A stretch of DNA of 44,061 bases from Escherichia phage Dru_SM5, in sequence record PP920550.1; one strand, given 5' to 3'. The notes beneath the pieces are model-generated. The model had not been told where the DNA came from. It did no database searches and saw only the letters and a list, made by a program, of their open reading frames with translations. Shown piece by piece: positions 9,054 through 17,400 of the stretch (the stretch's first letter is position 1; each line of letters starts with the position of its first letter). Made by a program: the position numbers and the translations under genes.

Positions 9054-9647
9054 GTGGCTGAAGTCTACTCGTTCGCCGCCACTATTGCTACGTGGGTGGA
9101 TAAGACGAAGGAGAACAACGACAAGGCGGTGCGGGCGTACGGTATGCAAATACTCGGACGCCTGATCGAGATCTCCCCAGTGGGCGACCCGCGCCGATGG
9201 AAAATTAACAGGGCTTACGCGCTCGCCCGCCAGCACGCAAACAAGGTGAACGCCGCACAGCGTCGCAAGAATGGCGGCAAACTGAAGCGCGGTCAGAAGA
9301 AGCACGCCAGTGTGCTGGTATCATTCAAAACTAAAAACGGCAACGTCACGTTCCGCCAGCGCGGCTGGGCCGCGAAGAATTACACCGGGGGGCGCTTCCG
9401 GGGGAACTGGCAGGTGACGTTCGACCGCCCGGCTGTGGGCGCTATTGACCGCGTGGACAAGGCCGGAACGGCAACATTAGCCGCTGGGCGTGAAGTGCTG
9501 GCACATTACGATTCGAGTGAATACGGGTCGATCTGGTTTACTAACAACGTGCCATACGCGCAGCGCCTAGAGTATGGCTGGAGTAAACAAGCGCCCGCGG
9601 GGATTGTTCGCGTAGTAGCGGCAGAAATTAATTCGAAGGTGAAATAA
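9054..9647 (+). CDS. putative neck / tail completion protein
   Basis: GTG start after an AAGGGGG RBS. 197 aa. Position between head-tail joining and tail tube genes. Confidence 0.5.
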   Translation: MAEVYSFAATIATWVDKTKENNDKAVRAYGMQILGRLIEISPVGDPRRWKINRAYALARQHANKVNAAQRRKNGGKLKRGQKKHASVLVSFKTKNGNVTFRQRGWAAKNYTGGRFRGNWQVTFDRPAVGAIDRVDKAGTATLAAGREVLAHYDSSEYGSIWFTNNVPYAQRLEYGWSKQAPAGIVRVVAAEINSKVK

Positions 9648-10069
9648 TGAGCAATACTCTAATCCGCAAGGCGCTTAACCGCGTGGTAGAAGATTTATCG
9701 GTAAGCCTGAGCACCAGCCAGCGACCGATCCTTGTTAACTGGGAGAACGTGCAAGGGGACCACGCAAACGGCAGCGGTGTCTACCTGGAACCATATCTGC
9801 TTCCGGCCCCTACCCAGTTTGTGGGCTTCCAGCAGAAGGGCCGGATCTATGCAGGCGTGTATCAGATTGCCGTGGTATTTCCTGCTGGCACGGGCACACA
9901 GTATGCGAGCGAACTGGCGGACGCCATTGCGACGTCAGACAAGTGGCAGGCCGTAAGGCTTACCGGCGCTGCATTCCAGCTTCAGGACGCGCCATACACC
10001 AGTTCAGTTATTGAGGATGTTGACCGCGCCCGCATCGTGGTTACAGTGCCCTATTCCTGTTGTGCCTGA
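9647..10069 (+). CDS. putative tail terminator / tail component
   Basis: 140 aa; start overlaps the previous stop; RBS AAGGTGA. Immediately precedes the major tail gene. Confidence 0.45.
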   Translation: MSNTLIRKALNRVVEDLSVSLSTSQRPILVNWENVQGDHANGSGVYLEPYLLPAPTQFVGFQQKGRIYAGVYQIAVVFPAGTGTQYASELADAIATSDKWQAVRLTGAAFQLQDAPYTSSVIEDVDRARIVVTVPYSCCA

Positions 10070-10090
10070 TTTGGCGCAATTCTGCGCGTG
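10062..10090 (+). promoter_or_regulatory. candidate promoter upstream of major tail gene
   Basis: TTGGCG, 17 nt spacer, TATCAT. The spacer contains AATTCTGCGCG, an 11-mer that recurs at 39071-39081. Confidence 0.3.
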
Positions 10091-10129
10091 CTGTATCATT
10101 AAACCGTATATCTAAACAGGAGCTTTATT

Positions 10130-10855
10130 ATGGGTTATCAACTTCCCAACGGGTCCAGCGTCCAGATCGGGTCCGTATTAGGCAGCGGCATCGCGGTTAC
10201 GGCAGCTACCAACGCCGCCGCGTCGATCTCCGACCTTACGCAAGGTTGCGTAATTACCTGCGCGGCTTCGCATGGTCTGGTTGTTGGCGACGTTGTTATG
10301 TTCACTAAAACCCCGTGGGTCCGAGCGCTTAACCGCGCGTTCATCGTGGGTAAAGTGGGTACTAACGACGTGACGCTGGCGCGCTTCGATACTCAAGACG
10401 TCACAAAATACCCTACCGGCGCTTTCGGCGTAGGCACGCCGGGCGAAGTGGTGAAGGTGTCGAGCTTTATCGACTTCCCGTTTATCACTAACGTTGCCGT
10501 GTCGGGTGGCGACCAGCAGACCACCACCTTCCAGCCGTTGCAGGTGAATACCGCGATCAGTCTGAACACCACGAAAAACCCGTTGGTACAGACGTACACC
10601 TTCACCCACGACGAAGAAGACCCGATCCGCCCAATCCTGGAAGACCTGGACGACACACAGAAAACCACTGTGATTAAGTTCACTAACCCAGCGGCAGCAA
10701 GCGGCAAAGGTGAGATTCGTATTTACCCAGCTAAGGTATCTTTCCAGAAGATTCCGTCCGCTGAAGTAAACAACGTGGAAACGGTACAATCCACTCTGAC
10801 CATGCAGTCTGATATGGTTATCTACCGTAAGGATCTGGTCGAGGCATTGTCTTGA
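10130..10855 (+). CDS. major tail (tube) protein
   Basis: 241 aa ORF with RBS ACAGGAG, followed by a strong terminator. Located just upstream of the chaperone/tape-measure genes. Confidence 0.65.
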   Translation: MGYQLPNGSSVQIGSVLGSGIAVTAATNAAASISDLTQGCVITCAASHGLVVGDVVMFTKTPWVRALNRAFIVGKVGTNDVTLARFDTQDVTKYPTGAFGVGTPGEVVKVSSFIDFPFITNVAVSGGDQQTTTFQPLQVNTAISLNTTKNPLVQTYTFTHDEEDPIRPILEDLDDTQKTTVIKFTNPAAASGKGEIRIYPAKVSFQKIPSAEVNNVETVQSTLTMQSDMVIYRKDLVEALS

Positions 10856-10886
10856 TTTGGTCGCTTAAATAGCGAGTGATAATATG

Positions 10887-10909
10887 GGGCCAGCACGGCC
10901 CCTTTTTTA
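10887..10909 (+). terminator. intrinsic terminator after major tail gene
   Basis: GGGGCC-agca-CGGCCCC hairpin followed by TTTTTT. Confidence 0.55.
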
Positions 10910-10924
10910 TTGGAGAATACTACA

Positions 10925-11287
10925 ATGGCAAAAGCACCACTCTTCACACTTGACCCTAAGCCGACCTTTAAGCTGCCGATTGAGATCCCGCGCCCCGGTG
11001 AAAACGAACCGGGAAAAATGACGTTTACCGTGCGCCACCGCCCGATCGACGAATTTTCGCAGACCATGCAGGATACTGAGCGCAAGTTGTCGGAATATGA
11101 CGACAATGATCCTGACGGCTTTAACGTTATGGTCGAGGCCATCATGCACGTCGCAGAAGGCTGGAATCTGCCGGACGAATTTAACGCGGAGAACGTCCGC
11201 CGCCTGGTGGTCAACTATCCGCGCGCGTTCGGCGTGTTCCACACGTCGTACTATCTCGAACTGATGGGATTGCGTGAAAAAAACTAA
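10925..11287 (+). CDS. tail assembly chaperone (lambda gpG-like)
   Basis: ATG at 10925 follows a GGAG RBS. 120 aa, ends at a slippery A_AAA_AAC heptamer (11278-11284) just before the stop. Immediately upstream of the tape measure. Confidence 0.6.
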   Translation: MAKAPLFTLDPKPTFKLPIEIPRPGENEPGKMTFTVRHRPIDEFSQTMQDTERKLSEYDDNDPDGFNVMVEAIMHVAEGWNLPDEFNAENVRRLVVNYPRAFGVFHTSYYLELMGLREKN

Positions 11288-11601
11288 TTGAGGCGGCGCG
11301 ACGCTTTTATGGCCCGCCGCCACCCTCCGAAGATTTAGCCGCAAGTTTATGGGGTGCGGCCCCCGAAGATGTTTGTCCGCCTGTTGCGCTATGGCCCGAC
11401 AACGCGAAGGTAGTCGCAGTCTTCACAGATTGCTCCACGCAATGGCGCACCGGTTTTGGTGGCGCATACGGCATCGACTACGGCGTGCTGGAGTGGTTAT
11501 TTAAGATGCACGGTATCGAAAACGAGCAGCGCGCGTTTAAAGATATCAAGCTAATGGAGCGAATCGCGCTTGATGAGATGGCGCAGCAGAACCCCGCATA
11601 A
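10925..11601 (+). CDS. tail assembly chaperone -1 frameshift product (gpGT-like)
   Basis: The -1 frame after the slippery site stays open for 106 codons to TAA at 11599-11601 (checked codon by codon). A GGCGGCG...CGCCGCC stem begins 7 nt downstream of the heptamer. Confidence 0.55.
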
Positions 11602-11616
11602 TGAAGCGGGGCAGGC

Positions 11617-11637
11617 GGGACGTCCCGTTTTGTCCCG
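11617..11637 (+). terminator. terminator-like hairpin 1 (GGGACGTCCC palindrome + GTTTT)
   Basis: GCGGGACGTCCCG followed by TTTTGTCCCGCC, just after the frameshift-product stop. Confidence 0.4.
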
Positions 11638-11693
11638 CCTCTGTAAAACTGCATATCTACTCACTTCCACTGCATAAACTCAAAACGGGACAA

Positions 11694-11714
11694 GCGGGAC
11701 GTCCCGTTTTGTCA
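11694..11714 (+). terminator. terminator-like hairpin 2 (second copy of GGGACGTCCC + GTTTT)
   Basis: Near-identical GCGGGACGTCCCGTTTTGTC. Part of a roughly 76 bp tandem repeat with hairpin 1. Confidence 0.4.
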
Positions 11715-11734
11715 CGCCCTGTAAATATGCATAC

Positions 11735-11923
11735 CTATGCAGATTTCGTGCATAAACCAAACGGGACAGAAAGCGGGACAAACACGAGGCGGGACAAAAC
11801 GGGACAGCACCCCGTCCCCGCCAGTGCTGCCGCGGTTTTCAGCCGATCGGGACAGCGGGACAGCACCCCAGTCTTTCAGACTAGACGGGGGTCAATGGCC
11901 CCCCCTCGTCTGAGACTGAATAA
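11735..11923 (+). repeat. GGGACA-iteron + GC-hairpin element, copy A
   Basis: About 189 bp with TATGCAG..TGCATAAA, four CGGGACA iterons (11762-11808), two more (11849-11862), then conserved GTCTTTCAGACTAGACGGGGGTCAATGGCCCCCCCTCGTCTGAGACTGAATAA. Roughly 85% identical by eye to copy B. Confidence 0.8.
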
Positions 11924-11987
11924 GGTTTGTTTTGAAATCGCTGATACAATATCCATCGGCAACTGCATAAAAAAAGGGGACTGCATA

Positions 11988-14630
11988 ATGGCAGATCAGG
12001 CAGCAGGCATCACGCTAAAGGCTGATGTTGCACAAATCAGAACGGCAAATACTGTGCTGGACTCCTTCGCACAGAAATCCGAGAACACAGAAAACAAGGT
12101 TAAGAAATTAAACGACACCCTCGGCAAATCCAAAAAGGTGACGAGTGACGCCGCGGGCGGAATGGAAAAGCTGGCAAACGAATCGCAGCGCGCCGCCGAT
12201 GGCATGACGAAACAGGAGCGACTCGCCAACAGGTTAGGCATGTCTACTAAAAACCTGGGCTTTGCCTCGCGTAACGCCGCATTCCAGTTACAGGATATCG
12301 CAGTTACGCTTGAGATGGGTATGCCGGTACACCGCGTTATGCTTCAGCAGTTACCGCAGCTAACTGGGGCGTTCGGTGGATTGGGTAACACTCTGCGTTA
12401 TGTTGCTGGCTTCCTCGGTCCAGTAGGTATCGGCCTTGCCGCCGTAACGGCAACGTTAGGCGTAGGGGTGGCAATTACGTCCCGCGCAGAGAACCAGGTC
12501 GCAGCGCTTAACAAGACGCTGGCGCTGTCAGGTAACATTTCCGGCCTGACGGCAAACCAGATCCTGGTGCTATCCGAGAACGCCGAGCGCATGGGCGGGT
12601 CGTTCCGCAAGACGCGTGACACAATCCAGGCGCTGGCGGCGGCGGGTGTGAAAGCGGGTGGTGACTTCGGCGCACTGGCGAAGGTAGTGAATGACTTCGC
12701 GAAGGTGTCCAGCCAGCCGATCGAGGATGTGGTCGCGGCGGTGGCGAAGCTATCTACTGACCCAGTAGGTGGCTTGCGAGCATTGGCTGATAAGTATCAC
12801 GTCGTAAACGAAGCGCAGATCCAGCAGGTGCAGTCACTAGTGACGGCGGGTCGCGAAACCGAAGCGGTGGCGCTGGCTAACAAAACAGCCGCCGCGTCGT
12901 TTACCACTATGACCAATGAGATCAAGTCCAACATGGGTACGCTTGAGCGGTCGATGAACGTCGTTACATCGGCAGCTAAATCTATGTGGGATGCTATCCT
13001 GGATGTTGGACGCGCGCAGTCCTCGAATGAGTCCGAGATGAAAGCGCGTGAGTCATTGCAGCGGCTGACAACGGCTTACTATGCCGAGATGAAAGCGGTA
13101 AACGCTGCCGGTGGGGTGATGACCGAAGCGCAGAAAGCGCGTATTAACATGCTTTACAGCGAACTGGTAGCCCAGGAAAAAGTAGTGGCGTCGCTCACCC
13201 TGCGTAACCGTGCTGAGCGAGACAACGCCCGCGCCGCAGACGAATCCGCAAAGGCGAACGAGGAGGCCAACCGCACTGCCCGTGACCGCGCCGCGTTCGA
13301 GAAGGAATACGCCACCAACGCTAAGAAGCGCGCCGACGAGATCGCCCGCCTCAATTTGCTGAATAAGCGCGGCGTTATTGATGAGAAAGAACTAGCCGAG
13401 GCGGTGAAGCAGGTAAACGAGCGTTACAAAGACCCCGCCCCGAAAAAGGCCGCGGCTGTTCGCGTGGATGCCGGTATGAAAATGCTGGAAGTCGCACGGA
13501 GCGAACTGGCCCAGCTTCGAGAATCCGGCAAGCAGATCGAAGCCAACGCGTCTACGCAGACCCGCACGCAACGCGCTCAAGCGGCCTTAAACAAGCTGAT
13601 CGCCGACAATGAGCAGTTAATCGCTGCGAGCAAAGAAAGAGCGCTAACGGCAGCAGAAAAGCAGCAATTAGTCGAGTTCGGGCGCGTGAAGGAAGTCCGC
13701 GAGCAGATCGTCGAAGAAGCCAAATTGCTGGATGCGAAAGAGCAGCAGGTTAAGGCGCACGCGCAGATCGATGCCTTCGTTAAGAACCAGAACGCCGAAC
13801 TAAAAGCCACCGCCGCGGGGTATGCGCTTTCCACTCGCGAAGCGGCAAACCTGCGCGAAGAATTGCAGCTAATTGACCGCCTGAAGCGGGTGGGCGCTAA
13901 CGATACCGATATTGATCTGGCGGTGTCTAAGCTGCGCGAAGTGCAGGAAGCACAGACCGGTGCTAACGCCTCGCTATGGGATGGCTTCAGCCGCGGGCTT
14001 AAGGATAGCGTGGATGATATGGGTAACGGCTATACGCAGATGGCGTCACTCACAAAATTCACGTTCGGCGCTATGCAGGACACGATGAACGAGTTTTTCG
14101 AGACTGGCAAGCTGAACGCAAAGGATATGGTTAAGTCCATTCTGAGCGAATTAATCAAGCTGGCTACATCGCAGGCGTTCAAGTCCATCGTTAGCGCTTT
14201 CGGTGGCGACGGCGGCAAAAACGGATTGTTCGGCGCTATCTTCTCCGGCCTCACTAAGAATGCGGACGGCGGAGCGTACGCAGGGGGCAATCTCGCGGCC
14301 TATTCGGGGCAGGTGGTAAGCCAGCCAACCTTTTTCAGTTATGGCGTCCAGGCGTTCGCTAAGGGCGCAGGATTGATGGGCGAGGCTGGTCCAGAGGCCA
14401 TCATGCCGCTGAAGCGCGGGCCGGACGGGAAACTGGGCGTTGCCGCGTCTGGCGCAGGCGGTGGTATGGTCGTGACGACTAACGTTTACACGGGGACCGG
14501 TAAAACGGATACCAGTGTCAGCGGGCCGGATCCCCGTACCGCGCAGGCGTTCGGCAAGCAAATCACCGAGGCGGTGAAGGCCGAGATCGTGAAGGCGACG
14601 AAACCGGGTGGTGTACTTTACAAACGATGA
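11988..14630 (+). CDS. tail tape measure protein
   Basis: ATG at 11988 follows an AAAGGGGA RBS. 880 aa, coiled-coil-rich. The track extension back to 11601 covers repeat-rich intergenic DNA and is rejected. Confidence 0.85.
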   Translation: MADQAAGITLKADVAQIRTANTVLDSFAQKSENTENKVKKLNDTLGKSKKVTSDAAGGMEKLANESQRAADGMTKQERLANRLGMSTKNLGFASRNAAFQLQDIAVTLEMGMPVHRVMLQQLPQLTGAFGGLGNTLRYVAGFLGPVGIGLAAVTATLGVGVAITSRAENQVAALNKTLALSGNISGLTANQILVLSENAERMGGSFRKTRDTIQALAAAGVKAGGDFGALAKVVNDFAKVSSQPIEDVVAAVAKLSTDPVGGLRALADKYHVVNEAQIQQVQSLVTAGRETEAVALANKTAAASFTTMTNEIKSNMGTLERSMNVVTSAAKSMWDAILDVGRAQSSNESEMKARESLQRLTTAYYAEMKAVNAAGGVMTEAQKARINMLYSELVAQEKVVASLTLRNRAERDNARAADESAKANEEANRTARDRAAFEKEYATNAKKRADEIARLNLLNKRGVIDEKELAEAVKQVNERYKDPAPKKAAAVRVDAGMKMLEVARSELAQLRESGKQIEANASTQTRTQRAQAALNKLIADNEQLIAASKERALTAAEKQQLVEFGRVKEVREQIVEEAKLLDAKEQQVKAHAQIDAFVKNQNAELKATAAGYALSTREAANLREELQLIDRLKRVGANDTDIDLAVSKLREVQEAQTGANASLWDGFSRGLKDSVDDMGNGYTQMASLTKFTFGAMQDTMNEFFETGKLNAKDMVKSILSELIKLATSQAFKSIVSAFGGDGGKNGLFGAIFSGLTKNADGGAYAGGNLAAYSGQVVSQPTFFSYGVQAFAKGAGLMGEAGPEAIMPLKRGPDGKLGVAASGAGGGMVVTTNVYTGTGKTDTSVSGPDPRTAQAFGKQITEAVKAEIVKATKPGGVLYKR

Positions 14631-14664
14631 TAAAATGGCCCTCACTACAACGTGGGGGCTTTTT

Positions 14665-15264
14665 ATGTCACAAGGTACAATCACACTAACGAAAGGAAGT
14701 AAGACCGTCACGGGCGCGGGAACGGCGTTCCTTAGCGAGATCGGGAAGGTACTCGTATTCGCCCGCATCGACGGCAACGACTACACCGGCAAAATTGCGG
14801 CATTCAACTCTAACACCGTCATCACCCTGGCGGATAACTGGGCCGGACCGACAAAAGCCGGTGCAGCTTATGAGCTAATCGAAGCGCACGACCCGCGATC
14901 AAACGAATGGCCATATTACTGGCACATGCAATTGCAGGGCGGTGGCGACGTGCAGTTAGCTTTCAGGTCGGAGGAATTGCAATTCGGTAATGGCTACGGA
15001 CAGAACATCGCGGACGGCCCGAACGCCGAAACGAAACAGTTCCCCGTGCAATTCGTCGGGCTGACTACGGACAAGTGGTGCAACCCTAAACTGGTTTACA
15101 ACTTCCTTCGCGGGCACTTCGTCAAGCCGTTTGTCGTCACCGCGCCGGATGGCGAAACAGGTTTATTCGTGGTCGAGCGTTCGAGCTTGTCGTACACGGA
15201 CAACGGACACCTCACGGCAACCGTATCCGCCACCCTTAAGACTGCTATTGGATTCGTAAGATGA
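14665..15264 (+). CDS. minor tail protein (lambda gpM position) with N-terminal fiber-like domain
   Basis: ATG at 14665 follows a GGGGG RBS. At the gpM synteny position. N-terminal 75 aa resemble the tail fiber N-terminus at 22148 (GT-I/L-x-x-T-x-x-SK-x-V-x-G-x-GT-x-F). Confidence 0.6.
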   Translation: MSQGTITLTKGSKTVTGAGTAFLSEIGKVLVFARIDGNDYTGKIAAFNSNTVITLADNWAGPTKAGAAYELIEAHDPRSNEWPYYWHMQLQGGGDVQLAFRSEELQFGNGYGQNIADGPNAETKQFPVQFVGLTTDKWCNPKLVYNFLRGHFVKPFVVTAPDGETGLFVVERSSLSYTDNGHLTATVSATLKTAIGFVR

Positions 15265-16049
15265 ATAAACTTTATCGCGAGGCGACGCGCTTTGACCCAT
15301 CTGGTCGCGTTCGCCTGATTCACATTGACGCGCAGGACGTGGAACCAGGCGACGGTGCGATCGGCGCGGGCCACCACTATTTCCACTACTGCTTTATTCC
15401 GCACACTGCCGAGGATATTGCTGCCGCCGGTGGTGACGAGGATAAGCTAAAACCTAAATCAATCTTCTTCGGCGGGCAGGAGTTCGAATTTTGGCCCTTC
15501 GATTTGTCCGGCCTTAACTTCTCCACATCGACGGCGGCAGAACCGCAACTAACAATCGTCGATATTGGCGGCATAATAACCCGGCTGTCGCTGAACCACG
15601 ACCAGCTACTTGGCGCGAAGGTTGAGATCATTGATACGTTCGCGAAGTTCCTGGATAACGGGACAGATCCAGACCCGACGCAAAAACGTGTCCAGGAGTA
15701 TTACATCGACTCACAGGTCGGGCGCAATCCTGGCAAGCAAATAACCTTCGCATTATCCTCACCCGCGGATATGGAGGGGCAAGTAGTTCCACGCCGCCAG
15801 ATCATGAACATGTGCGAATGGGCGTTAAATGGGAAGTACGCCAGCGGGGATGGCTGCACGTGGAACCTTGCGAAGCCCGGTATCAAATATTACGACGAGC
15901 GCGGAAACGAAGTCATCGCAATGAATATGGACCGCTGCGGCGGATGCTTGTCGGACTGTTATCTTCGATTTGGGCAAGGGCTTGCGGACCCTAAAGCGGC
16001 GGTGCTGGACTTCGGCGGCTTTCCGGGGTCCAGATTAATTAAGGGGTAG
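15261..16049 (+). CDS. minor tail protein L-like
   Basis: 262 aa at the gpL synteny position. C-terminal Cys cluster (C-x-x-x..C, CGGCxxxC) as in lambda gpL. Start overlaps the upstream stop. Confidence 0.7.
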   Translation: MNKLYREATRFDPSGRVRLIHIDAQDVEPGDGAIGAGHHYFHYCFIPHTAEDIAAAGGDEDKLKPKSIFFGGQEFEFWPFDLSGLNFSTSTAAEPQLTIVDIGGIITRLSLNHDQLLGAKVEIIDTFAKFLDNGTDPDPTQKRVQEYYIDSQVGRNPGKQITFALSSPADMEGQVVPRRQIMNMCEWALNGKYASGDGCTWNLAKPGIKYYDERGNEVIAMNMDRCGGCLSDCYLRFGQGLADPKAAVLDFGGFPGSRLIKG

Positions 16050-16051
16050 TT

Positions 16052-16792
16052 ATGTTAACGAAAAAGGTTAAAAGCGATATCGCCGCACACGTCGCGGCGT
16101 GTCTGCCGGAAGAAGCCTGTGGCCTGGTTGTCATGGTGGGTCGTAAGCAAGTGTTCGTACCATGTCTGAACGTATTCGAAGACCCGACCGGCGTGCGCTC
16201 CCGCAAAGACGCTTTTACGATTAGTGATATGGCCTGGATGGATGCCGAGGATATGGGCGACGTCGTGCGCGTAGTCCACTCACACCCAGGTCAGCGCGAG
16301 TTAACCCCCTCACTGGGCGACGTTAACGGATGCAACGGCAGCGGCGTAGTGTGGACCATCACTAACGAATATGGCGACTTTATTGAGATTGACCCGGAAG
16401 ACCCGCCGCTGGTAGGCCGCCGATTTGTTCTCGGAATTACGGATTGTTACGGCCTCGTCATGGACTGGCACAAAAAGCAGGGAGTAAATTTGCCAGACTT
16501 CCGCGTGCCGTATAACTGGTGGGAGACAGGCGAAAATCTGTATATGGATAACTGGTACGGCGCTGGATTCAGGGAATGCGAGGAGAATACGCCGGGGGCG
16601 ATGGTCATCATGCAGATTAGCGCGCCAGTGCCTAACCACGCCGGGATATTCCTTCCGGGCAACCAACTCCTACACCATATCTACGGCAGTCTGTCGAGCG
16701 TGATACCCTTCCGGTCAGGATTTTTCCGGGACAATGTGGTTAAATGGGTACGTCATAAAGACCTACCGGGGAATATAACAGAATGGCAATGA
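16052..16792 (+). CDS. tail assembly protein K-like (MPN/JAMM + NlpC/P60)
   Basis: HSHP metal-binding motif of MPN/JAMM, then a Cys-containing ITDCYGLVMDWH segment like NlpC/P60. gpK position. Confidence 0.75.
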   Translation: MLTKKVKSDIAAHVAACLPEEACGLVVMVGRKQVFVPCLNVFEDPTGVRSRKDAFTISDMAWMDAEDMGDVVRVVHSHPGQRELTPSLGDVNGCNGSGVVWTITNEYGDFIEIDPEDPPLVGRRFVLGITDCYGLVMDWHKKQGVNLPDFRVPYNWWETGENLYMDNWYGAGFRECEENTPGAMVIMQISAPVPNHAGIFLPGNQLLHHIYGSLSSVIPFRSGFFRDNVVKWVRHKDLPGNITEWQ

Positions 16793-17400
16793 CCACATTT
16801 AAATTATACGGCGTTTTAGGACGTCGATTCGGTAAAGTGCATAAGCTGGACTGCTTCACTCCGGGCGAGGGTATCACCGGCCTGTGCGTGAAGTTACCCG
16901 GCTTACAGGACTTTCTAATGTCGGCCCACCTGGACAATATGATGTTCAAGGTGCGCAAAGGCGACCACACGATGACCGGCTATGATGAGCTGGGCGAGTT
17001 CCACGGCAACCGCGTAGTTACCATCGCGCCGGTTATGACGGGCGCAAAAAGAGGGTTGGGACAATTGCTGGCGGGTGTCGCGATCGTAGTGGCGTCGTTC
17101 TATACGGGCGGACTTGCTACTGCCGCTTTCGGGGCTTCGGCTGCAACCGCTGCCGCTATCGGGACGGCGACGTTTTCGTTCGGGATGTCGATGGCGCTGG
17201 GTGGCGTTATGCAATTGCTGTCGCCACAACCGAAAGGATTGCAGACAAGGCAGGACGTGGATAACAAAGCGTCGTACGCGTTCGGCGGCCCGGTAAACAC
17301 GACCGCGCAAGGTACGGCGCTTGGTGTATTATGGGGCGAGCGTGAGATCGGCGGCGCTATTATTTCAGCCGGAATCGTAACCGAGGACTTGAACAAATGA
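16783..17400 (+). CDS. tail assembly protein I-like
   Basis: 205 aa at the gpI position, with a hydrophobic Gly/Ala-rich C-terminal half. Overlaps K and J. Confidence 0.65.
   Translation: MAMTTFKLYGVLGRRFGKVHKLDCFTPGEGITGLCVKLPGLQDFLMSAHLDNMMFKVRKGDHTMTGYDELGEFHGNRVVTIAPVMTGAKRGLGQLLAGVAIVVASFYTGGLATAAFGASAATAAAIGTATFSFGMSMALGGVMQLLSPQPKGLQTRQDVDNKASYAFGGPVNTTAQGTALGVLWGEREIGGAIISAGIVTEDLNK

Noticed and set aside
11735-11862. GGGACA repeat clusters as a CRISPR array
   Set aside because: The repeats are only 6-8 bp with irregular 10-16 bp spacing, and there are no 25-40 bp direct repeats with uniform spacers. They look like iterons or binding sites.
11601-11987. N-terminal 129 codons of track ORF 11601..14630 (MKRGRRDVPFCP...) as the start of the tape measure protein
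   Set aside because: This stretch lies over repeat-rich, hairpin-rich intergenic DNA with terminator-like elements and has no RBS at 11601. A strong RBS and ATG at 11988 begin the coiled-coil tape measure sequence.
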